Assembly (NCBI GenBank): GCA_963702205.1 | Contig: OY969724.1 | Coordinates: 352,001 to 416,000, forward strand | DNA from: an uncultured candidate division Zixibacteria bacterium | GTDB taxonomy: Bacteria; Zixibacteria; MSB-5A5; GN15; PGXB01 | DNA length: 64,000 bases | Direction of reading: 5' to 3' | Shown here: positions 19,701 to 29,670 of the stretch, piece after piece | Numbering within the stretch: the stretch's first letter is position 1 | How the letters are laid out: the number at the start of each line of letters is the position of its first letter | Notes under the pieces: generated by a model | What the model was told of the DNA's origin: nothing | The model's input: only the letters and a program-made list of their open reading frames with translations | Databases searched by the model: none | Position numbers and translations under genes: made by a program

Positions 19701-19898
19701 CTGACTTCGTGGCTCGACGGCTGGAGCCGCTGCCTCGCGGAAATAAACTACCAGAGAACCGGGTATAATTCCGACGGTCTGCTGGATATACACATCATAA
19801 CCGACGAAGACGTCGCTCAGAAAACCAGCTTCGCCTCCAAAATAGGAGCCGTCACCGATCCGGCGCGACCTCTTAAAATCGGGAAGAAATCAGATTAA
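16716..19898 (+). CDS. Multidomain protein: GAF-like N-terminus, PEP/pyruvate-binding ATP-grasp domain, C-terminal Pol-beta-type nucleotidyltransferase
   Basis: N-terminal ERAKELSCIY..IPPGWQYP..GPFLKEE; LGGKSAGL, VRSSSLLED, DIEFA..YLLQCR, SFGTHFF; C-terminal YVFGSTKNATAGPGSDIDILV; ATGA overlap with the upstream gene. Confidence 0.82.
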   Translation: MTNGSADNDIDKLLRSLQERAKELSCIYRVEEILAGPDKSIGEVCHKIIEAIPPGWQYPDICQAKIELDGKTYTSPEFSESTWSQKADIIANNIRIGNINVYYRQEMPPADHGPFLKEEAKLIDTIAERLGNFVMHKKMREIVNEWETSLRKGQDRQWQIVLQMLKQTDSNLYLAIARKMLNYLCWNGISEAEQLLQTNSPKEQLEISDEPETWNQPLEKHRIWIQPGYDMRVFEIATSHFSDDQILALIKKWIQEDKLSFLVQVVNRNLTLSEVSDAIRRYYHLAEEEKGIKSPNQRGIQVSLIRRILSDQLDYINVAKNFIEISDFYHLLQNVIFTAESHGRLGGKSAGLYLASQIIKKNQAEHDVLNNVKIPRTWHITSDVLLHFMHFNNFEEVVETKYKEINQVRLEYPHIVETFKRANFPADIARGLSMALDDFGDVPLIVRSSSLLEDRVGAAFSGKYKSLFLANVGTKPERMEALMDAIAEVYASTFSPDPIEYRSERGLLDFGEEMGIIIQEVVGKKIGHYFVPAFAGVAFSRNEFRWSPRIKREDGLVRLVPGLGTRAVDRLSDDYPVLFSPGQPGLRVNIDPEEVRRYSPRKLDVINLKTRQFETVELQKFVEEVGSEYPLLNKIISIYKDGHISRPIGLNFDFSSDEIVGNFEGLLKDSQFVSQIGLILNILEKTFGRPVDIEFAHDGESFYLLQCRSQSYSEDSQPAPIPKDIPQNKILFSANKHISNGRVPDITHIVYVDPDEYARLGGRSEMLAVGRAVGKLNKILPKRQFVLMGPGRWGSRGDIKLGVSVTYSDINNSAVLIEIARQRGNYLPDLSFGTHFFQDLVESQIRYLPLYPDDEAIIFNERFLKSADNILGEVLPDYANMSPVVRLIDVPRTFPGMVLRVLMNADLEEAIGVIGEPSTDIERQLKSATVVKEHQDTFWRWRYRMVERIAEEMEPSRFGIKALYVFGSTKNATAGPGSDIDILVHVTGDVQKMDLLTSWLDGWSRCLAEINYQRTGYNSDGLLDIHIITDEDVAQKTSFASKIGAVTDPARPLKIGKKSD

Positions 19899-20759
19899 CT
19901 GACGAGTCGCTTTTTCGGGAAAATGCGGATCGAATTTTACCAGCGCCAGCCGGGGGCCGTCGTATGCCGCCGTCAGGCAGACGGTCTTTCCGATTTTATC
20001 CTGCCACGATCCGGTCAGACGCGAGGATTCGTGCACGTGCCCGTGCAGCGTCAATAGAGGCTGCTTCTTTTCGATCAAGCGCCGCACCGCCACCGAACCA
20101 ACGTTGACATCCAGCGGCGCATAATCGATCATCTGCCCGTCACGAGCGGCCCGGTCGAGATTGGTCTGGTACGGCGGCGTATGAAACAGGAAAATCGCCT
20201 TGTCGAAATTTTCTTCACCGAGTGTCAGGGCATCGAGGTCTTTGGCGATGGTCGCGAATTTCTTGTCGCGATCGCTTTCGGGATAGGTATAAAGCCCGTC
20301 TTCGGGTGAAATTGTCCCCGGCTCGGCATACCGCGAGACATCATAGCGCTCCCAGTCTTTTAACTGGAACGGTGTCGGCGGAACAAACGAATATCCATAT
20401 ATAGTAAATTCGCCCAGTTGCGATTTTTGATTGTGCATATATTTCCAGAGACCCCGCTCGGCCAATTCGATAAAGGTGTCTTCCTGTGACCGGCCGTCGT
20501 CGTTGCCGAGAATCAGGAATATTTCGGGATATTCATCGCCGAGTTTGTTTTTGAGTTCGGTCAATCCGGCCACCAGAAAATCATTTACGAAGTCATCGTG
20601 CCTGCTTTCGGACGATGCAAAGGCGAACATACCCGACGGCAGCAGGTCGCCGCCCAAAAAGATCGCTTTCGGTTTCTCGGTCAAAATTTTATCGAAGAGT
20701 CTGATATACAATTCTGTCCGGCCATGAAAGTCTGAAACGAAAAAGCACAGCATAATCAC
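19890..20759 (-). CDS. Metallophosphoesterase (calcineurin-like)
   Basis: SDFHG, GGDLL, GNDD, HTPP and HGHVHE metal-binding motifs. Confidence 0.85.
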   Translation of the reverse strand: MIMLCFFVSDFHGRTELYIRLFDKILTEKPKAIFLGGDLLPSGMFAFASSESRHDDFVNDFLVAGLTELKNKLGDEYPEIFLILGNDDGRSQEDTFIELAERGLWKYMHNQKSQLGEFTIYGYSFVPPTPFQLKDWERYDVSRYAEPGTISPEDGLYTYPESDRDKKFATIAKDLDALTLGEENFDKAIFLFHTPPYQTNLDRAARDGQMIDYAPLDVNVGSVAVRRLIEKKQPLLTLHGHVHESSRLTGSWQDKIGKTVCLTAAYDGPRLALVKFDPHFPEKATRQLI

Positions 20760-21090
20760 AAAAACCTGCTAAAATGAATTCCCCAATTATTACACGATGA
20801 CTTCAAAAAATCCAACTTAATATCGCAGAAAACGGCCGGAATCGCATTAATTGGCCGAAAATTCGGGACAAAACGAAAATATTATACATTAAAGTAAATT
20901 TTTTTTCAGAGTCGCAGCGGCCGTCTAAATTGGCCAACAGCGACTAATTCTTCTTCATTGCGCCATATAACTCGTTGTGAGAAATGATATTGCATATGAC
21001 AAAATGGGGCATAATAAGATTATAATTCCGGCGGGATGATTTCTCACTGCGGAAATAAATCTGAAACCAAAAACAGTTCCAATTTAGGTC

Positions 21091-21119
21091 TTGACGAAAA
21101 TCGCAAGGGGGCCTATATT
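21091..21119 (+). promoter_or_regulatory. Sigma70-type promoter for the VWA giant protein gene
   Basis: TTGACG-17 nt-TATATT in an AT-rich intergenic region. Confidence 0.55.
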
Positions 21120-21486
21120 ATTAACTGTTAGCCGTTTAGGCGACAGTGAGTTTTTGGTTTAAATTCAATTTTACTTATCTTTAAAGATCATATTTGACAA
21201 GGGTCGAATGTGTACGGTGCTTTTGCTCTTTATAATGTACTTTTTGATCCCGAATTTCTTGTACTATTAGAGGAGGATGCTGGTAATAAAGATAATTAAT
21301 TCGATACCTCGGTGATCCACCGAAATTTTGTCTTTGAGAGTTAGGTCCTCTACGTTAAAAACGAGCACGATTTGGTAAAGCTCGATTACTGCGGGTAACT
21401 GTCGGACCGCAGCGGGCAAAATCAGTTCCGGCCTGGCAGGCGTAAAGCCGGAACGAAAATAGCATTTCTTCAGGAGGATGCGCCAG

Positions 21487-24400
21487 ATGAAACGAATCGT
21501 GGGGGGAGTCCTGATAGGACTCATCATGATGTTCCTGACGGCCCAGGCTGACCCGACCTTTGTAGGGCCCGAAGGCGATCTGTATTTAGTAGACAGCACA
21601 GCTAAAACCGATCAAGTTCCTTATCCCGAAACATATCCATCCAACCTGGCGGTCAGAACGAATCCGACCGATACGGTCGTGATTTCCCAGTTGGATTGCA
21701 GCATGTTTCCGACTATGTGCATGTACGTGGACGTCCTGGATACGGCCGGATATCCGGTCGGCGGCCTCACGGCCGACAGCTTCTGCGTTTCTCAGGACGG
21801 CAGTCCGATCGATTCTTTTTCGATCCAGGAGCTGACGCTTGATTCCTGCGTGACATCCATAGCGCTCGTAATCGACGTCAGCAGCAGTATGAACGACAAC
21901 AACAAGATTGCGGCCGCACGAAATGCCGCTCACAATTTCGTGAACAACATGGACATATACGACCGTGTTGCCATTGTCACTTTTTCCAACTGCTATACCG
22001 TCGTTCAAAATTTCACGAGTAACAAAACCCTGCTCAATTCCAAGATCAATACGATATCGGCCAACGGCTATACGGCGGCTTTTGATGGTATCTGGAAGGG
22101 TGTCGACATCACCGGTCTGGAACTGGGCAGCAAAGCCGTTATCGCAATTTCCGACGGCATGGAAAACTACAGCCAAAAATGCGGCGATGCCTCGACCCCG
22201 GACGGACTCTGGATCGGCGACCCGCCGATATGGTGGTGGGGCGGCACTCCCGATCCCGACGGCTGGACCGATGACTCGACCCTGATCGTCGGACTTGCCC
22301 AAAGCTCCGGCGTCCCGATTTATACGATCAGCCTGGGGAGTGATTTCGATCCCCAATATCTGGTCAAGCTGGCCGCCTCTACGGGCGGCAGCTATCATCA
22401 CGCCCCGACCGGCGGTGACATAACGAACATTTACGATGAAATCAAATTCAGGCTGTGCAGCCGCTATTTGATTTGCTACAACAGCCCCGATACCGTACAG
22501 AACGGCGACTGGCACACTATTACCGCGTGCCGGCAGGACGCCATGGCCAATTGCAGTCCCTGTGATGTCGATTCCTGCCAGGAAATCGATACTCCTGAAA
22601 TCACCCGGACGCCGGTGACAGTCGGTCTCGCGGATACCTGCGCCCGCTGGGATTCCGGCGTGGAAATCTGTACGTGGGTTGTCGACCTGGATACGCCCCA
22701 GGAAGACCTCGAAGTAAAATTATTCTATCGTAACCGCGATACGGTCAGCTATACATCGGTCGTAATGAACCGAACCGACAGTACCTATTGCTATACCATC
22801 CCGGGCAGTGCTCTCGACTGTGACGCCGACAGTATCCAGTACTATATTACTGCCTCGGACGGACACGCGACGGTGGCATCACCGGCCCTGGCCCCGACCT
22901 ATCATTATTCATTCCCGGTATGCGAGAACCAACCCCCCACGGTTTTCGCCGGAAATGATACGACTCTGGCCCAGTGCTCCCCCGGAGGAATTTGCTGGAA
23001 TACCAGCGCGTCCGATCCGGACGGCAACCTCCAGACGGTCGAGAAGATAATCGGTCCGGGGACCTTCGATGGAACCCAAATCTGCTTTACCCCGACGTCC
23101 AGTCTCGATTATGAATTCGTCCTGCGTGCGACCGACAGCTGCGGCCTGATGGCCTACGATACGGTTGTCGTGCACTATTCACTGAATCATGCGCCGACGG
23201 CCGATGCCGGTCGGGATTCCACCCTGTTTTTGTGTGCTCCGCAGGAGATTTGCTGGACCGCCGGGTGCACCGATCCCGACGCCAACCTGACCGATTGCAA
23301 TCTGATCAGCCCGGTCGGGACCTACAGCGGCGGTGATATCTGCTTCACCCCGGATACGGCCGGTGTGTATCGCTTTATTCTGGAGGCCAAGGATGCCTGT
23401 AACCAGACCGACCGCGATACCTCGTTTATAACGGTGACATTCAACTCCGCCCCGGTATGCAGCATTCCCAATGATACATCGATATTCCAGTGCACGGCCA
23501 CGCAGGTCAGTCTGCTGGTCAGTGCCAGCGACGTCGACGGCAATCTCAATTCCTGTCAGATCATGTCCGGCCCCGGCTCTTTGATAGGCGGCAACTGGGT
23601 CTACACGCCGCCGTCGAGCCAGACGGTCGTGGTGACCATACGCTGCACCGACGATTGCGGCGCCTATTGCGAAGATTCGTTTACGGTTGATTTCGATATA
23701 GACGCCAAGCCGGTGATAAGCCTCGGCAGCGATCAGACCGCGTTCCAGTGCACGCCCGAAGAAATCTGTATAGATTACACTGTCTTCGATTCGGACCCCG
23801 GTCAGGCGGCGACGATAACGCTTTTGACATCGGTCGGGACGGTCAATACGGTCGATTCGACCATTTGCTTTACGCCGGACACGGCCGGTGTGTATAAATT
23901 CATCGCTCAGGCCGAAGACCCCTGCGGCAGGAAGGGTTATGATACCGTCAAGGTGACGGTTTCCTTCAACGCCCCGCCGGTCGCCAATGCCGGAAGCGAT
24001 CAAACTTTGATGCAGTGCAGCCCGACCGCCGTAACCTGGGCGGCGGCGTGCAGCGATCCCGACGGCAACCTCGCAACCTGCGAACTGACCAGTGCCACCG
24101 GTTCATACGACGGAACCAATATATCCTTCACGCCAACTGCTTCGGGCACCTACGAGTTCATACTCAAAGCGACCGACGCCTGCGGTCTTGAAGATTTCGA
24201 TACGTCGTACGTTACGATCAATCAAAATTCAGCTCCGGTCGTGACCGCTCAAACGGATACATCACTCTTCCTCTGTCAGCAACAGCCGGTTTGCATTTCT
24301 TACTCCGTCAGCGATCCTGACGGATTGGCCGGTGTGGTGGAAGCGATGGTTTCCGGTTTCGGTACGATCGACACATTGAACAACGAAATCTGTTTCACGC

Positions 24401-27400
24401 CGACATCGGCGGGCAATTATCAGTTCATTATCGGTGCCACCGACGGTTGCTCGGCTCACGATCAGGACACTGTAATCGTCTCGATAGCGTTCGGTCAGGA
24501 ACCGAACATCACCTGCCCGACTTCGGCCTTCAATAAATTCCTCTGCGGTCCCGATTCGATTCTGCAGACGCTGGCGATCACACCCGATTCGGCCACGGTT
24601 ACCCTTTCGGAAGGCATCTATGACGGCGGTATGGTCCGGTTCTTCGCCGGAAGTGAAGGAACGTACAACATAACCGTCATCGCCGCCGTACAGTGCGGAG
24701 CCGATACCTGTGAACTGACGTTCAACGTCGACTTCAACGCTCCGCCGGTCGCCAATGCCGGAAGCGATCAAACCGTTTTCCAGTGCACGCCTGCTCCGAT
24801 AACCAGGGCGGCTTCATGCAGCGATCCCGACGGCAACCTCTCGACCTGCGAACTGATCAGTGGTGTCGGAACCTACAATGGCTCCAATATCACCTTCACG
24901 CCGACCGGGACCGGGGTCTATGAGTTTGTTATCAAGGCTACCGACGCCTGCGGCGCCGAGGATGTGGATACTGCGTACATAACCGTTACGGCCAACTCGG
25001 CCCCGACGGTCGTAGCGCAGAACGATGATTCGTACTTCCTGTGCGAACCGCAGCAGATTTGTGTCGATTATACCCCGTCCGACCCGGACGGTCTGGCCGG
25101 TTTGACCGAGACGATGGTCTCCGGATATGGCGCAATCGATACAGTTAATAATCAGATATGTTTCACGCCGACAATCGACGGCGATTATGAATTCATTATA
25201 GAAGTGGAAGACGCCTGTGGAGTCACCGACCGCGATACGGTCGTGATTTCGGCGGCGTTCGGCGAAGTCGCGCACATAACCTGCCCGACCGATACGATCT
25301 TCGTGTCACTCTGCGACAACTCGCAGGTGTGCAGTATGCTCGACATCACCCCAGACTCGGCTAATGTTTCGGTTTCGCTGGGCACATATTCCGCCGGTGA
25401 ACACTGTTTCACGCCGGATACGTCGGGTGTCTACGTCGTCGACGTCATCGCCGACGTACAGTGTGGCGCCGACACCTGCCAGTTGATATACAAAGTGGAC
25501 ATCGGTCAAGCCGCGGAAATCGTCTGTCCTGCTCCCCAGACCCGGTTCATTTGCCAACCCGGTCAGGTTTGCATCCCGATTTCGGTCGTGACGCCGGGCG
25601 CGACGTTCGACATTTCTCCCATAGGCTCGTACAACGCCGGAAGCATCTGCTTCCCGGCCGATACCTCCGGACACTACGTCATCACGGTCATTGCGACGAC
25701 TTCCTGCGGGGCCGACACCTGCGAAGTCACCGCCGACGTGACGATCAACTCCAATCCGGTTACGGTCGATCCGGCGACGCCGGTCGATACGTTCCTCTGT
25801 GCGGCCGGACAAATCTGTTACCAGTTCGGAGCCGGCGATCCCGACGGCGGCTCTTTGACATGGTCTAAGATCTCCGGCAACGGCGCCATAACATCAGGCG
25901 GCAACTGGTGCTTCAACGCCACCATGGCGGGGACATATACTATCTCAGCCCGGGTAACCGATTCCTGTGGCGCGGCCGACACGACCACCATGACATACAA
26001 CGTCACCATGAACACGGCTCCGGTTGTCGATCTCGGTGATGATATTTCTGTCTTCCTCTGCGGCGGCAATGCATACTGCTTCGATTACACACTGTCCGAC
26101 GCGGAAAACAATATCGTATTGGAAACACTGACAAGCGGCGCCGGCTCCATCGACACCCTGAACAACCAGATCTGCTTCACGCCGACGATGGCGGACAACT
26201 ACCAGTTCGTGGTTTCCGCGACCGACGCCTGCGGTGCGACCGACGCCGACACGATTATTGTCAACGTCTCGCTGGGCAGCCCGATGACGATAACCTGTCC
26301 CAACGACACGGCCGTCTTCCTGTGCGCCCCGGCTCAGATTTGCCGCCCGGTCACGATACCGATCGACACCAGTGTAACGGTATCACCGATTGGATCGTAC
26401 AGCGCCGGTGAGGTTTGCTTTGACGCCGACACGGCCGGACATTACGTTATAACCGTCCAGGCCAATTCCTCGTGCGGTTCGGCCGACTGCCAGTTCGCGG
26501 TCGACGTCACCATGAACTCGGCTCCGCTTGCGGTCGATCCCGCGGCCGTCGACACCTTCCTGTGCGACCCGCAGCAGATATGCCAGCAACTGGAAGCCAA
26601 CGACACCGACGGCGGACCGCTAACCTGGAGTCGGCTCGATGGATCGGGCACGGTTGACGCCAACGGTTTGTGGTGCTTCACGGCTTCTCTTACCGACGGC
26701 TACTCGGTTACCGCCGTGGTTACGGACCCGTGCGGTACGGCCGATACGGTCATGGCGACGGTTAACGTGACGCTGAATTCCGACCCGAATATCGCTTTCG
26801 GCAACGACACGACCGTATTCCAGTGCACGTCGGGTCAGATATGTCTTAACTACACCCTGAGTGACGCCGATGGCAATATCGTGCTCGAAGAGCTTATCGA
26901 GGGCGCGGGCATCGCGTCCATAGATACGTTAAACAACACGGTCTGCTTCACGCCGACCCCCAAGACACCGTACATGTTTATAGTCCGGGTCACCGATGCC
27001 TGCGGTGCGGCCGACGTCGATACGATCAACGTCGAAGCCGACGTCAATCATCCGCCGGTGGCCGATGCGGGAGACGACCAGTCGTTCTTCCTGTGTGAGA
27101 CCGAGCAGTTGTGCTTCGATATTTCCTGCTCCGACGAAGACGGCAACCTGAGCACTTGCCAGCTGGTCGGCGGCGTGGGTGCCATCAACGGTTCGCAGGT
27201 CTGTTTCGAACCCGATACGTCGGGCGTATACACGTTTATCGTCGAAGCCAAAGACGAATGCGACGAAGCCGACCGCGATACGGTGCAGATGACGGTGACC
27301 ATGAACAGCGCTCCGGTCTGCATTACACCGGCCGATACGTCGTTTTTCCTCTGCAGCCCAATCGAGATCACGCGACCGGTCGGGGCCAACGACGTCGACG

Positions 27401-29530
27401 GCAACTTCGATCATTGCGAGATCGTGTCCGGACCGGGCTCCATTACCGGCGGCAACTGGACCCACACGCCGTCCGCGGCCGGGTCGATAGAAGTCGTCGT
27501 GAAATGTCTTGATGCTTGCGGCGCGTTCTGCCAGGATACATTCAACGTTGACGTCGAGTTCAATCATCCGCCGGTTCCGTTTGCCGGAAATGACAGCACC
27601 TATTTTAGCTGTGCACCGGGCGACGTTATCTGCTGGGATGTTTCGGCGACCGACCCCGACAATAATCTTAAATCGTTCGAGATGATTTCTTCGAACGGGA
27701 CTTATGATCCGGGCCAGGGTCAGGTTTGCTTCACGGTCCCGCAATTCGAGAATACATATAAATTCATATTCCGTGCGACCGACTCCTGCGACGTTTCGGT
27801 CGTCGATACGGCCCTGATACAAATTAACCTGAACGCACCTCCGGTCGTCGATCTTCCGGATGACTTCACGGCCTACTTCGAAGATCCGACGACGATTTGC
27901 TTCGATGCTGATATTTCCGATCCCGACGGCAATCTCGACAGCGTGACCGTTTCACCGGTCGGCGAATATTCCGAAACCACCGGCCAGGTATGCTTCTACG
28001 CTCTCGAGACCGGCACGGTGTGTCTGGAGGTTGCGGCCTACGATGACTGCGGAGCCGTCACGCGCGATACGATTTGCGTCGGACTCGAAATCGACGAGTG
28101 CTTCCGGGTTCAAATCGAAAAGGTCGAAAACCAGCTTCAGGGTCATTATGCCTCGGTCGATATAAACCTGTTTGGCTCCGCCAAAGAGCTCGGCGGGTTC
28201 GACCTGCTGATCGCCTATGATCAGTCGGTACTCAACATGATGGGCGCCGTCCCCGGGCAGTTGCTGACCAATTGCGACTGGGAGTACTTCACGTACTCTT
28301 TCGGTCCGTTCGGAAATTGCGGCGGAGGTTGTCCTTCGGGCATGCTGAGAGTGGTCGGCCTGGCCGAAACCAACAACGGCGCGTACCATCCTGATTGTTA
28401 CCTGATGGGTTCTATCGGTTCGATCGCCGTCCTCAACTTCCTCGTCAGCAATGATCGTACGGTCGGCTGCCAGGTACGCTCCGATACGGTTCGTCTGGCT
28501 CGACTGCGGCGACAACACCTTCTCCTCCCGCGACGGTGACACGCTCTGGACGTCGCGGCTGGTTTATGACTTCCAGATGAACGACATTACCGACAACGGC
28601 TACGGATTCCCGGGCTTTTACGGAGCGATAGATTCCTGTATGCTCGGTGAAGCGCCCGGCAAACCCAGGCCGGAGCGGTGCGTCGACTACATCGACGGCG
28701 GCATAGACATAATCTGTCCCGATTCCATCGATGCGCGCGGTGACGTGAACCTCAATGGTATTCCCAATGAGATCGCCGATGCGACCGTTTTCGTCAATTA
28801 CTTCATATACGGGCTGAGCGCCTTCACGGTCAACGTGGAAGGACAGACGGCGGCAACCGACATCAATGCCGACGGTATCGTTCTCTCAGTCGCCGACCTC
28901 GCGTATCTGATAAGGATCATCGTCGGAGATTGTCTGCCGATACCGAAGCCGATCGTATCGGGAGATTTCACCGCCGAATTCGATCTTCAATCCGACGCCA
29001 TTGACATGGTCAGCACTCAGGTCCCGATAAGCGTGATGAGACTCACGTTCGAGGGCAAAGTCATTCCGGAACTGGCCGAGGCCGCCGTCGGTATGGAAAT
29101 GAATTATCATTACGATGGCGTCGCGACCCGCGTCCTGCTCTGTAATTTCAGGCAGGCCAGTACAATCGAAGAGGGCACGGTCCTGAAACTCGGCGGCAAG
29201 TACAACCTCAAGAGCATTGAGATTGCGTCGTCCGAAGGTCAGAACATGACGGCCAAAATCGACCAGCTGCCGACTGCCTTCAGGCTGGAACAGAACTATC
29301 CGAACCCGTTCAACCCGACCACGACCATAACGTTCGCTCTGCCGGATTACAGAGACTGGAAGCTGACGGTTTATAACGTGCTCGGCCAGACGGTTCAGAA
29401 ATGGTCCGGTTCCGACCAGGGTGTGGTGACGCTTGATTGGCACGCCGACGATTTCGCCTCCGGAGTTTACTTCTACAAACTGACCGCCGGTGATTACAAG
29501 GATTCAAAGACAATGGTACTGCTAAAGTAA
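21487..29530 (+). CDS. Giant secreted protein (~2680 aa after correcting one frameshift): VWA domain, ~20 Cys-rich Ig-like repeats, cohesin-like, dockerin-like and T9SS-A/FlgD-type C-terminal sorting domains
   Basis: AGGAGG RBS then MKRIVGG signal peptide; MIDAS DVSSS; removing one G at 28473/28474 joins ORFs 21478-28539 and 28451-29530 as NDRTVGCQYAPIRFVWLDCGDN; ends LEQNYPNPFNP...SGVYFYKL...MVLLK. Confidence 0.82.
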
Positions 29531-29551
29531 CATTGTATCGGATAAAACAAG

Positions 29552-29584
29552 AGGGATGTCGCTCGGTGCGGCATCCCTTTTTTT
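29552..29584 (+). terminator. Intrinsic terminator
   Basis: AGGGATGTCGC-TCG-GTGCGGCATCCCT stem followed by a T tract. Confidence 0.75.
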
Positions 29585-29670
29585 ATGCTTTATATTTTGA
29601 ATTACCGGCAAATTGGATCGGGCCCGTTCGGTTGTCCGTGCAATTACTCAATTTTGATGGCGGTCGCTAT

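Noticed and set aside
14965..19898. Annotation as ppsA or ppdK
   Set aside because: The canonical phospho-His motif and the C-terminal pyruvate-binding barrel are missing
21360..21470. c-di-GMP-I riboswitch upstream of the VWA gene
   Set aside because: GGCAAA and CCGGCCT pieces are reminiscent, but the GNRA-loop stem and GACGCAAAG core are absent; an Rfam scan is needed
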